From positions 9,672,001-9,736,000 of the forward strand of contig NC_043011.1 of assembly GCF_006345805.1 (NCBI RefSeq): DNA of 64,000 bases, given 5' to 3'. This document shows positions 25,899 to 38,885 of the stretch, one piece after another. Made by a program: the position numbers and the translations under genes. Each line of letters opens with the position of its first letter. The first letter of the stretch is position 1. The notes beneath the pieces were generated by a model. That model saw only the letters and a list, made by a program, of their open reading frames with translations. It ran no database searches and was not told the origin of the DNA. Origin of the DNA: Octopus sinensis (Eukaryota).

Positions 25899-27774
25899 TC
25901 ACTTACTCATTTTAAAAGTTTCATTTTTTTCTTCTTCTTCTTTTGTATCGTTTTTGATGAGGTGTTTGTATAGTTTTTTCGACAGGTATCGTTGATACCC
26001 GCCTACCGCATTCGGAAATAATGTTTTCAGTATGTGGTGTTGTGCTTGTGTTATGTGTAAAATTCTGATGTGTTTCGGTGGTGTGGTGTGCGGATGATTG
26101 TTTGTCTTAAAATCATCTTCACAGACGACCATGTTAGATTTGATGTAGTCCATTAATTCTTTATTGTCTGTGTCTATTGCAGTTAGTTGTGTGTGTGGTT
26201 TTACGGGTTCATTACTTTTTTGATTGTCCTGAGTGAGATATCTCCCTGCTTTAATTCCTTGTTTGGTGGATTTTTTGGATCTTTTTCTTTTACCCCCTGT
26301 GGCTATTTGCCATTCCGTCGAACTTTCGTCGTCCGAGGTATCAGTATGGGGTAGAGGAAAAAGAACAGGATCACTATGTATGCTTGTATAAATTGTTGAT
26401 TTTTTGCGGTTTTGTGTTGTTGTGTTGTTGGTGTTAGGGGTAGCATTTGTCTTCTCGTCAGTGTTTTCTGTCTTTTTAATTGTCATCCTGGGTGTGGGTG
26501 TGGGTCGATTTTTTGAAGATTCAACAAGTTTAATTGGTTGTGACGTCAACGGTGATTGTGTTGGTACTGTTTTTCTTGGTGATGTTGTTGGGGTTTGTTT
26601 GCTGGTTTGTTGTTTTTCTTGGCGTTGTTCCATAATTGAGTGTGTTGGTGTTGGTGTTGGCAACAAAGGGATTTTATTTGTTTTCTGAATTGTTCTTTCT
26701 TGTTTTTTCTGTACCAGATCGCACTTGGCAATCAAATGTTCGGGGCTGCCACATTTGTAGCATCTAGGCTTTTTGCCTTCTGCCATAACATATAGGCATT
26801 GCCCATTCTCCAAGTATATCTTGTTGGGTAGGCTCTCGATAGAGGCCCCCTCAATCTGGATGGTCACTACTACTGTTTTTCCACCCCAATTGTCGTTTAG
26901 GTACATGGCTGTTTCTAGAATATTGATCTTTTTCAAGTGGTAACAGATTGCCCCTGTTATCCATTTGTTCGGCATATCGGGGGGTACATTTCTGATAGTA
27001 ATTCTACTCACCCTCTGGTTTTTATAATAGGGACCATGATGATTTCATCATTTCCCAGAGACTCAGTAGAGTGAGCTTTTGCCACTTCCTGGTTAGGGAA
27101 GCGGACCACTACTGTGTTAAACTGGGGACCCCAGTTTATATACTCTTTTTCTTTCATTATGTTTTTTAAACATTTCTCCACAATCAGTTTTTGTAATCTG
27201 TTCATTTGGTTTTTTGGTTTTTTCTAATAATTTTATATACAATTGTCTTATTTTCTATTTCTTGTTTTATATGTTGAGGTGTATGCAGGACTAAATCTTG
27301 TCCACGGGTTGTAAAGAGAGCTCTTGTTTCTATGAGCTCTTCATTTGTGAATGTAACAATCTCCTTTTTCTGGCGAAGAATATCTGCGAAATTTACTGTT
27401 GTTGACTTTTTTGTATTAGCATCTTCACTATTAGATAGTTCATTTTTATTGTTGTTCTTGTTGTTGCTGTTGTTTTTGTCAATAGTTTTCGTTTCAGTTT
27501 TATTTTTATCATTTATGTTGGTCGTGGTAGTGGTGGTGGTGGTGGTGGAGGTGGTGGTGGTAGCAGTTGTTGTCTCATGGTTGCTGTTGTTAGTGGTGGT
27601 GGTGGCGGTGGTGACAGGGCTGTTAACGCACGTGGTTGCAGCGTTCTTTTCACCGAATTTCACGTTTGCATTTTCCGTGCGAACGTTCTTTTTTTTCTCT
27701 GTCGTTTCCAGACTAGGAAAATGTTGTTCCATAAAAGAACGCGACCAGCATTCAACAATAAAATTTCTAGACAT
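25899..27774 (-). pseudogene. Tx1 ORF1 (gag-like nucleic acid-binding protein, ~625 aa when two 1-nt frameshifts are repaired)
   Basis: ORF pieces 27202-27774, 27008-27205 and 25899-27011 abut with -1 shifts. CX2CX4HX4C knuckle CYKCGSPEHLIAKC. RRM-like segment VVVRFP...RITIRNVPPD. Poly-Thr tract from a (GGT)n repeat near 27520-27612. Confidence 0.8.
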
Positions 27775-27974
27775 TTTCTAATGTCGAGAAGAAAATAACA
27801 GAAATGAAATGGGGTCGAAACTGCCCCTAGGGGCGAATTCCTCCCTTGGAAAAGCACTCAAATGAAAGTTGGTTGCCTTACACACCTTATTTGCAAAAAT
27901 CTACACAAAAATTGGCCTATAAATAGTCAAAATAAATGATTACCTTCGGAGCTGAAACGACATCACATCCGTCA

Positions 27975-28358
<384 letters not shown>

Positions 28359-28428
28359 TGTATGTGTATATATATCATCATCATCATCATTCAACGTCTG
28401 TTTTCCATGCTAGCATGGGTTGGATGGA

Positions 28429-28462
<34 letters not shown>

Positions 28463-28945
28463 TTTGTCTCTTGCCACTGCTTGACCACTGGTGTTGCTGC
28501 ATTTACATCTCCATAACTTAGCAGTTTGGCAAAAAAGTCCAAAAGAATAAAATTCAAGCTTTAAAAAGAAAAATATGTCTTGGGGTTGATTCGTTCAACT
28601 AAGATTCTTCAAAGTGGTGCCCCAGCATGGCCACAGTCTAATGACTAAAGCAAGTAAAAGGTAAAAGAGTTTGCCATATCAATGGATCCTATAGAATGTC
28701 TTGCTGTGAAGAAGACGCACAGACATTCACAGCATTCAGCTGGTCTATATGGCTGGGTTCTCTCATCCAGTTTGATGGCAGGGGACAGCAGTCTGAGGGT
28801 TTAAGACACTGGGGACCACAAAGGCAACAGGCATCAACAGGAATCTATCAATAGATCATGTTCCACTGCTCTGAGTAAGGGTCAAAGTAAATCAGCTGAC
28901 AGACGACCTGCCCTCCTCCTCCTCCTCTTCCTTCTCCTTGAACAG

Positions 28946-29012
28946 GGAAACTTTGATCTCATCTGGCATCTGATGTTGCTGCAGCTAAGGCTAACAGGTT
29001 TCAGTTGTAATG
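28946..29012 (+). other. Candidate 67-nt exon
   Basis: Strong pyrimidine tract ending GAACAG, donor ATG|GTAAGC, one open frame (GNFDLIWHLMLLQLRLTGFSCN). The tract is partly a (CCT)n microsatellite. Confidence 0.2.
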
Positions 29013-29432
29013 GTAAGCAAGCAACACCATGTCTTTAATGAGATCATTTGTGAGGGAAACGTGCCACACTGTCACATTGAGGTGTGAGGGCAATACGGGT
29101 TTATGAAAAGGGTATCATTATTTGATTGCAAAGCTGACAGGTAAACAGGTGACCTAAGAACACAGTTCTACATGAAATGACCATAACAACATGAAACAAA
29201 TGTGATAATAAGTAACAGTTAATTAGTTTGATGAGACACAAAATGATGTTGATTAAACTTAAAGAATTCATTTAGTTTTGATAATGGCTACTTCTTTGTT
29301 GTAATATGACACAGGGTGGAGTTATGTCCAGATTGGATTAGTGAAGAATCTGTTTGGGTGGAGATATACTGGATTAACAGACATTTTCTACAGACCCCAT
29401 AATGATACCAATATTATATACTGATTGACACT

Positions 29433-29642
29433 GGTGGGCTGGCAGAATCATTACCAGCCAGGCTAAAATGCTTAGTAGAATTTCGTCTGTCTTTATGTTC
29501 TGAGTTTAAATTCCACCAGGGGCAACTTTGCCTTTCATCCTTTTCGGGTCGATAAAATAAAGGATTGGTCAAGTACTGGGGTTGATGTAATTGACTAGCC
29601 CCCTAAATTGCTGGCCTTGTGCCAAAATTTGAAACCAGTATT
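29433..29642 (+). mobile_element. SINE family A copy
   Basis: TGGCAGAATCATT...GAGTTTAAATTC...GCCTTTCATCCTTTTCGGGTCGAT. Confidence 0.75.
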
Positions 29643-30854
29643 ACATATTGATTTAATACCTTGCGTATGGATGAAGACAGCTGCGTAAAGAAATGACAAG
29701 CTCTAATTGTGGAGGGAACCAGTACAAAGGGTAGACTGAGGAAGATGTGGAATGAAGTGGTGAGAAAGGATCTTCAGATGCTGGGCTTCACAAATGACAA
29801 GGGACCAGGAGTTGTGGTGTTTTGCTTGAAGATGTGTCAAGCCAAGTAAAATTAGGGTCATCCATACATACAGGCTCGTCTGTTACAAGTGCTGGTGCCT
29901 CATAATATGCACTCGTACCAGTGATGCATGAACGCACCCATGCCAGGGGAGCATAAAGAGCACCCAGTACACTCTGTAAAGTGGATGGCATTAGGAAGGG
30001 CATCCAGCTGTAGAAATAATGCCAAAACAGACAACTGGGGTTTGGACAGCTCCCCAGCTGGCCTGCTCCAGTCAAACTGTCCAACCCATGCCAGCATAGA
30101 AAGCAGACATTAAACAATGACAATGATGATGATGATGATTACATATTGATAAACCAGGCGAATCTCTAAGTTTTATTAGTTCTAAGCAGTAATAGATAAC
30201 TTATTAGTGGGCACCTGATGTCATTAGTGTTGGTGTGGATAGAATGAAAGAGAGGGGCAGAAAGAGAGAGAGAGAGAGTGTAAGGCCTGGTTGAGGGAGA
30301 CAGAAAGTTAATTAACCATAATTAATTGCTGATTGATTTTTTTTGCCTTTTTTGTCCTTAAAAAGAAATCGATTCATTAAGTTGCCACAAACTTTTACAG
30401 AATGGTCAGCTGGACATTCTTCATGGGGGTTTCCTACCAATTCCAGGTTGACACAAAGTCTATGAAAATGTCAATGATGATGAAGATGATGGTCGTGGTG
30501 GAGGGCAAGGATGGAATGGTCCTGTTTTCTCTTACGGCTACAGATACTAGACATTATTATATGGCACTGTGGTAGTGTACGGTACTACTGAGGCCAATAT
30601 ATAGCACCAACAGTACTATATAGAACTTTTGTGGTCAGTATAATGCTGTCTTGTAGGAGAATTCCAGATAATGGCCACCACAGATGTAGGATGGAGTACT
30701 GACACAATCTACAAAGGAGAAAACTCTGATGGATCAATCAATGGCAGAGCTTTTGTTCTGTTGGCAGAGACCATCTTTGTGTCACAGAACCTAATTGAAG
30801 GAATATTTTGACGACATACATAGGATGTATGTAAAAATGCTCCTTCAAATATAA

Positions 30855-31014
30855 TATACATCAATATGTGTGTATGTAGATATACATCAAATGTGTGTAT
30901 AAGGACATACATCAAATGTGTGTATGTAGATATACATCAAATGTATGTATATAGATGTACATCAAATGTGTGTATAAGGATATACATCAAATGTGTGTAT
31001 ATAGATATACATCA
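30855..31014. repeat. 25-bp minisatellite (TATACATCAAATGTGTGTATGTAGA), ~6 copies
   Basis: TACATCA recurs every 25-26 nt from 30857 to 31008. Confidence 0.9.
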
Positions 31015-32202
31015 GAGAGTTGGAAACATTTTCTTCAAAGCTTCTGGTTCTAATGTGGAGTAACAGTTTTTAGCATTAATTCCCCCCCCCCCGCCTCCCA
31101 ACCTCCTCCTCCTCCTCCTCCTGTCAGGAAAGTTATTGTATTGTATTGGCAGAAAATTGTTAAGTATACAGTTTACGGAATCTGTTATTGGAATGAGGAG
31201 GGGGGTGGAATAAGAAAATAAAGGACCAAAGGGGGAGGGGAGTAGAGTACTAGAGTTAGCTCCCTTTAAAATGAATTCTTCGCAAAGCTCTGGCGTTTGG
31301 ACTGAATATTGAATGGAAACTGAATAATGGGTGGATTGTAAATGAAATCTTTTAGATTTTGTATTTAATTGATGCCTCATGAATCAGGACAGTTCTAAAG
31401 CTGACTCTTTGCATCTCGTTTACATAATGATATACTTCGAACATGATTGCATATTGATTTTTTGGCTGATCCAAAACACTTGATTGGTTGTCACAGATAT
31501 TTGATAGCTTTTTACTGAAATTGAAGTCTTCCATGAAAATTGTGAATTTCAAATTTTAATTTCAAAATTCTGTTGAAAAGTCAACAATTACAATGAAGCA
31601 GAAAAACTCAGAGTTTATTTCCAATCAATTAGTAATTGAAAACTAAGTTTATTTAATTTATTATTTCCTCTTCTTATTAAATATTCACTAATCACACAAC
31701 AAACTGATTGCCAAGAACTCTATAGGAAACGAGTGTTCAACACATTTCGTAAACTTTTTATATAAATGGTGCAAGTTTTTTTATGTGCTTTCTGTGGGAA
31801 TGTTTAGACAGAATCATTGAGAGAAACATCATCTTGTGATTGCAGAGATATCACAAGAGTTGGGGCTTTACATAGAAATTCATGAATTTGAATTTTTTCC
31901 ATTAAAAGATAAGAGAAATGGGTTAATATTGAGTTAGCCAGTGAAAATTTAAACTCGATGCATGAGATATCAGTGGAGATGATATTTATGCCAATCAATA
32001 TGATAGGTTATCCTCCAGAGACATTTTCAATCAGCAGAACCGAAATATCGAGAATTCAGAATGTAATGAATTTGCAAAGGACTAATTGAGTTTTGTATTT
32101 CCTTTTTTTATATATATTTTTATAAATATTTCTGGTTAATTTTATTGAATGCCAAGATTGTTTATTTGTTAATTCAGAGAGGGAGACAGACAGACAGACA
32201 GA

Positions 32203-32238
<36 letters not shown>

Positions 32239-34123
32239 GAGAGAGAGAAAGAGAGAGAGAAAGAGAGAGTGTGTGAGTATAAAAGCATATACACACAGGT
32301 TTTAATGTTTGTTTTTTATGTATAGTCTTACATAAAAACAGTCCAACATTAGACTAAAGGATCATTCAGTACTTTCCAACAGGAAACCATATTTATATAT
32401 TTTTACCAGGAAAACGTTGAGAGTCACTTTGAAGCTTTGTCTGATGACAGCTAGGAAACAAAACTTTGAAGTCCCTGTCAACATATATGAAAGAGAGAGT
32501 GTATATTTGTGCTTGTTCATGTAGAAGTGCAGCTGCACTATCTTGTCTCCTCACCTTATCTCCATTCTCTGAGACTACATTGCATCCAGGAAGAATGCTG
32601 TCCATTAATGTGGGAATATTTCTAATAAAAGTTTACACTGAAATACTTTGGACTGGTTTGGCAATGTCTACAGAAGAGATTCTATTACAATGGAAGCTGA
32701 GAACCATTCTTTGGTCTTGCTTAACTCAGTTCTTGCCTTTTAGCCCTAGGTCTATCTGGCCCAGGAGAACTAGGATAAAAAATGCTCCACTGCAAACCAC
32801 CCTTTTTTAAAGACACAATGGATTTAGCATCACATGATACAAAATATCCTTTTTTAAAAAAAAATAATGCAGTGTGTGGTTTGACGAGGTTTGGCTACTA
32901 TTTATTTCTACCATGCCAACCCATGCCAGCATAGAAGGCTGACGTTAAACAATGATGAGGATAAGTGAAGAGAAAGAGCAAAGACAATGATTGTTAACAG
33001 AGCCCCTGACAGGGGTGGGAAAAAGGGTGAAAGCTGTCCTTCAAGTGGAAACCTGATCTGGAAGTATACAACAATGTGGGCTCCACTAAAAACCACCATG
33101 AACCAGACAGGTATGTTAAACCAGATCAGAGAATTGATTAACTCTGCAGCCCAAGGAAGTCACTTTGAGATTTGAATTCAGAATGAAAGGATCTGTTGCA
33201 AATACAACAAGGTACCAAACGAAGAAGTGTTTGGAATTGCCAAACAAAGAAGACTTCAGTAAAACCTATCAGTGGACATTATACAAAAAAAGTAGACACA
33301 CAAGTTGGTGTTTATTTGCAGTTGAAATAAAGAAATTGTTAGCTAAAAGGCCATGAATAAGTTGTGTGGATGTAAGAAACAGAAAAAGCCATGAAATATG
33401 TCCTGAGAATACCCAGCCTCACCATAAAAAACACATCAATGTGTCTAGTTATCGACTGTTTACAAACAGGAGCCAGAACAAAAATATGCTAAAATAAACA
33501 TTTTATTGTCTTGTTTCTGATTTTTTTTTCTGTTTTGCAACGAAAGGGAGAAGTTAAAAGGCAACAATAAAATATGATGACAGCTACAATAAAATGGCAG
33601 AAAAATAGAGGAGGAGGAGGAGGGGTGTTTGGAGGGTTGGGAAGTAAAATAGAGAAGAAGAAGAAGAAGAAGGAAAGCATTTAAGATGGAAATTTAAGTA
33701 AAAAGAATGTTTTATAAATGAATGTTCTGTTTGTAGTTGAGTGGGTAGGGGTTGGAGATTGAAGAAATGTGTTGAAAGAATAGAAATAATTCAGAAAGAA
33801 TTGGTCAGTTTTTTTCAAGAGAAATGACAACTGGTATCGAGAGGGAGGAGGAGGGAATGGTCAAAGAGAGGAAAACCAGCAGACTTTGAGGGGAGTGGGA
33901 GAAGAATATGATGTGGAAATGTTATACAGTCAGACAAATGCATACCAATACACACACATACACACATCTACATAGCTATCATCATCATATCAGCTTCCCA
34001 TGCTGGCAAGAGATCGATATATTTATATTGAGAGAGAGAGAGAGAGAGAGAGAGCCCTACACAAACACACTCAGAGGCTCACATACTATACAAATGCATG
34101 CATAAATGATTATACAAAGATGC

Positions 34124-34142
34124 ACATAATAATAACAATAAC

Positions 34143-34183
<41 letters not shown>

Positions 34184-34194
34184 TAACAATAATA

Positions 34195-34248
<54 letters not shown>
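34124..34248. repeat. (TAA)n microsatellite
   Basis: Direct reading. Confidence 0.95.
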
Positions 34249-34615
34249 TCAAGAGCACTCAGAGAGCGCAAACCTCCGCCAAGGTAACAACGTTCTCTCA
34301 ATGATTAATCAGAGATGATTTTTAAAATGAGAATATCTGATTGCTTGATTGCTCTCACAAACGAGAATACTGATAATGAACCCAACTGCTCTCAATAATT
34401 AAGTTTAAAAGATCGGAAAAATACTCTAGAATCCTTGTCTGGTACCGGATCAATCCCAAAATCTAATAAGTTTGTGCCAGTCACAAGGCCAAACATTCCT
34501 GAAAGTTTTATCAGAAGCCATCCAGCAGTTCTTGAGATATCTTGTCCATCGACAAACAAACAAACAAACACAACTGAAAACAATACCTCCACCGCCTTCG
34601 CTAGGGTGGAGGTAA
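34249..34615. mobile_element. HINE/DINE-1-like non-autonomous Helentron-type element
   Basis: ACCTCCGCC near one end (34271). ACCTCCACC-11 nt-GGTGGAGGT hairpin at the other end (34585-34613). Internal (AAAC)n. Flanked by TAA repeats. Confidence 0.6.
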
Positions 34616-34621
34616 TAATAA

Positions 34622-35045
34622 TAATCCTTTCTATTTATAGGTAGAGAGATTTGAAATTTTGGGGAGTGGGTGGGGGAAGCAAGTAATTTACATCGATTCC
34701 AGTACTTCACTGGTACTTTATTTTATCAACCCTGAAAAGATGAAAGGCAAAGTTTTGAACTCAGAACATGAGGCCAGAAGGAATGCCCCAAAGTATTTGA
34801 TCCAGCACACCACCTTCATAATAATAATCCTTGCTACTCTAGGTACAAGGGCTGGAAATTTGGTGAGGAGGGGATTAGTCAATTACATTGATCCCAGTAC
34901 TTCACTGGTGTTTATTTTATTGATTCTGAAAGGATGAAAGGCAAAGCCAACCCCAGCAGAATTTGAACTCAGAACGGAAAGACAAACAAAATGCTGCAAA
35001 GTGTTTTGTCCTGCATGCTAACGATTTGGCCAACTCACTGCCTTA
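34622..35045 (-). mobile_element. Two adjacent SINE family A copies
   Basis: GATGAAAGGCAAAG...TTTGAACTCAGAAC occurs twice (~34740 and ~34935). Confidence 0.7.
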
Positions 35046-35054
35046 CTAATTATA

Positions 35055-35212
35055 AAGAAGAAGAAGAAGAAGAAGAAGAAGAAGAAGAAGAAGAAGAAGA
35101 AGAAGAAGAAGAAGAAGAAGGAGAAGAAAAAGGAGAAGAAGAAGAAAAAGGAGAAGAAGAAGAAGAAGAAAGAAGAAGAAGAAGAAGAAGAAGAAGAAGA
35201 AGGAGAAGAAGA
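35055..35212. repeat. (GAA)n microsatellite
   Basis: Direct reading. It explains the poly-E/R/F/S ORFs in the track. Confidence 0.95.
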
Positions 35213-35756
35213 ATTGCTTAAATGCACAAAACAGTTTTGCTACACAGTGGGAATGAACCTGGAACCATGTGGCTGGTAAGCAAGCTACTTACCACACAGC
35301 CACTCCTGCACCTATATGTTAGAGATAAATATGTAGAGAATATAGAAATATACACATTGCAGACGATATGGAAAATACAAAATATAGAACTGTCATCAAA
35401 AATTGTTAACTGTTTAGAGAAATAATTTCATTTGCAAAAAATATAAGTATTTAGTTGTTTTTTTTTTTAAGAGTAACATTGTTGGTTATAAGTTTTCAAC
35501 TGAGTCATTGCATTTTTGCTGGCAAGAAAGTATCTTTAACCTGTTGCAGAACAAATATCACTAAGAACTTTACATGAGGGACACTGTTTCTTTCCTTTTT
35601 TTTTTGTCTGTTTAAAACCTAAGTTTAAACACACACACAAATAGAAGTTGAAAAGATATGAACCTGTGATGGAGTATCTATGTGGTCATTTGACTTGTGC
35701 ACATACATATATGCACTCAAATACACACACTTTCATAAATGAACCCAGTGTACATG

Positions 35757-35789
<33 letters not shown>

Positions 35790-38066
35790 TTGTACATACA
35801 CATATGTGTATATACACAAGCATGCATGCTCATATCTATGTATGCAAACATATACACATCTGCCCTCCAACCTTTGACCCAACAGAACATCCAGAATGAG
35901 ACAACAGCTGCGGGGAGAGAGAGCAGCACCAGTATCCAGTTTAGTAGATTGGAACAACAGAAAATAAAGCAGCTTAGCCAAGGACATAATATACCACCCA
36001 GCCCTAGAATTGAACCTACAACCTCACAATCATGAAGTACAATATATTGCCTTTTTATTAACAGCAACATATTTCTTCTGAAGGCCAAATGTTATTTTAG
36101 AAATAGGAGAGACTCAATGGAATTAACACCAATATATTACTGGTATCTAACACACTATTATCAGTGAAGCAGTAAATTACTGATAGCTCAGTATATTATT
36201 AATGGAGGCGAAAACAAATCAAATGAAGTCTGCTGGCAGAATATTGAGACAAGAACTTGAGAGCGCCAAAAGTTGTGCCATTTTTCTCTCTAAATGAACC
36301 AGTCCTACCTCTTTCCTAGTTTCCAACCAAAATATAATTTACCAAAATTCTTTGGAAGAAAAAACAAATCAATGCAATCTTCTGACCCAATATTTCTCCA
36401 TTGGCATATTTAATCAATGAACATTTTTATTAAAAATAATATTCCTTAACTCATGCAAGTCATTCTATTGTTGTTAGTGTTCAAAATTCCACTGATCTAA
36501 ACAAGGAGCTCCACCCCAAACAAAAGGAACCAAAAGCACTTCTCCCCCACTCTGCTAATGTCTCCCTACATTTATTGATCTCTAATTATTTGGTCCTCAA
36601 ATTGTTTTATAGGTCTTCTGTGTTTTGACTGTGAAAGAATTCCACTGAAGCTAAAGATTATATTGGAACATTGCCCCTCCACCCTCAGTAACAATATGAA
36701 ATGAAAAGCAAGGAAATATTAAAGAATTTGGTAAAAAGAAATATCTGCACCACTGCAGACAACCATTTAGCAAGGAAGACCAATATTTATTCCTTCGATA
36801 ATTTAAACATCTACATGCAACAAAGAAATTGCTAGAAATATGAACATATCACACAAACACACATACACACACACATATATGCACCTAAATACATACATGA
36901 ACGTAAATGAACCCAGTGTACATGAGTATACACACACACACACACACATTTGTATATACACAAGAATGCACGCTCATATCCATGAATGCAAACACATACA
37001 CACATATATGAGCAGAAGCACACGCACGCACACACACACACACACACATGTATACATCCTCTCACATATACACCCCAGCAAGATCTATACAAAATTATTT
37101 GTATATTCTGGTAATGTCTGCTAATAAATCATTGGCTGAAATGGTAGAATGAAAAAGGAAAGAGGCCTGATCAGTAATTGTCAGCATTGAGACAGGGAAG
37201 ATGGAAGACAAGTGAGAAAGAACTGAATGCAAAGATGACAAGGCTTTCTGTAGAAATAGACAGACAGACAGACAGAATTGTAGTGAAATAATGGTGAATG
37301 GGGAGTCACAATGATGAAATTGTGAATAGACAATGAGAGAAGTTTCAGTGAATTTGCTCTGAATTTGTAATTGTAGGATGATGCGTGTCATGAGAGGTAA
37401 ACTAAAAAAGATATTCCATTGATGAGACTGAGAAGAGGAAACGGTGAGAAATGCCAGAAATTACAGGAAATAATCGAGTTCAGTCTCAGTTTTGAAAAAC
37501 AATTTAGAAGCTAATGGAAATGGGGGGGGGCTACTTAAATGGTAGCAATACACTGTCTACATACAAATAAAATATTGATACACATATGTACATGCATATC
37601 CACTTACAAATTTATATAAGCATGTATATATATTTATGTATCACAAAATACACACGTCAGTCAAAAAACTGTACTACATACATACACACATACACACATG
37701 CACACACACACACACACACAAAAGGCATATATATTTAATACAGTTACACTCACAGTTTTTTTAAATTCCAGCTATTTTGTGAAATGTTAAATATTCTTTT
37801 TATCTCTTTGTGGACTGAAAAATATTGGGAATGTTTAGAGTAGTTTCACTCAGTAAAGGTTTAGGTGTTAGGAAAAGGTTGGCATTAGGAAGGGCTTTCG
37901 GCTGTAGATGTGATGCTGAACCAATATTGGAGCATGGCGTGTTTCTTTGACTCCTTGGATCCTGTTGAACTGTCCAACTCGTGTCAGCAGACACAGAAGA
38001 AAGCATCAGATGGTGACCGTCTGTCTGTGTGTGCGTCTGTTTGTTTGGTGGTTGATTAATCAAGAC

Positions 38067-38106
<40 letters not shown>

Positions 38107-38644
38107 ACACACATTTTAGCAGAAACTTGGGTTTCACTCTGGAACTTTCTGTTAGACTTAGGAAAAGTTTCAATGTAAATTAAAAGAAGGTATTTGACAG
38201 GAAAGTGACATAAACAATATCCAAAGACCCAGTCTTAAGCAGATATGTTTATGTGTAAAGATTTTCAGATGTTTATATTCCACAAATATCAGTCTTGTAC
38301 AAAACAATTTATTATATTCTCAAAAAAAAAACAACAAATTATTTACAAACCAGAGACAAACTAAAAATAAACAACAGCCTAAAAAAAAATATAAATAATG
38401 TGATGCTCCAGCATGGCAGTGACAGTAGCACATTAAAGAACTACACAATGATAACATCATTTGTTGCATGGATTGGTAAGAATTCTTTAGAGCCAATAAG
38501 AAAGTCGGGTTGCTCAGTAATAGAGCCATTAAGATTTGTGGATCTGACTTGCTGTCTCAAGAAACCAATTTCTCCAGCTGATGGCAGCAGTTATTAGCAT
38601 TGTTAGAATAACGAAGTACATTGGAATGTCAGAGAGAGATGAAG

Positions 38645-38885
38645 ACAAATACAGCAAGTATGGCTTTCTAGCCTCGTCTGGCACCTGTGTCGGTGGCACA
38701 TAAAATCACCCACTACACTCTTGGAGTGGTTGGCGTTAGGAAGGGCATCCAGCTGTAGAAACACTGCCAGATCTGACTGGCCTGGTGCAGCCTTCGGGCT
38801 CCCCAGACCCCAGTTGAACCGTCCAACCCATGCTAGCATGGAAAACGGACGCTAAATGATGATGATGATGATGATGATGATTTAC
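38645..38885 (+). mobile_element. RTE 3'UTR-derived short repeat (family D) with (GAT)n tail
   Basis: Near-identical to 62950-63155. Other copies at ~5520-5700(+), 10855-11030(-), 15110-15400(-), 28380-28425(-), 29860-30140(+), 32890-32960(+), 37860-37990(+), 45000-45328(+), 56790-57030(-), 60465-60660(-) and 61065-61260(+). Confidence 0.8.

Larger units (their letters stand above)
22263..27974 (-). mobile_element. Full-length Tx1-clade non-LTR retrotransposon (~5.7 kb): ~200-bp 5'UTR, ORF1, ORF2, ~125-bp 3'UTR; flanked on both sides by (TATC)n
   Basis: ORF1 with CCHC knuckle followed 57 nt later by ORF2 with APE endonuclease, RT and C-terminal CCHC. ORF2 motifs such as KLSLKGRAEVAN and GGLGMP are typical of the L1/Tx1 group. 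Both ends run directly into GATA/TATC repeats. Confidence 0.9.

Noticed and set aside
30855-31014. CRISPR-like periodicity (also 51461-51656 and 62738-62990)
   Set aside because: Head-to-tail repeats without unique spacers in a eukaryotic context, and no cas genes.
33040-33113. WKPDLEVYNN resembling the Cys-loop receptor WxPDxxLYN motif, with an AG|GTATGT donor
   Set aside because: Upstream in-frame stop, weak acceptor, and flanking residues do not match the family; no other receptor exons in the window.
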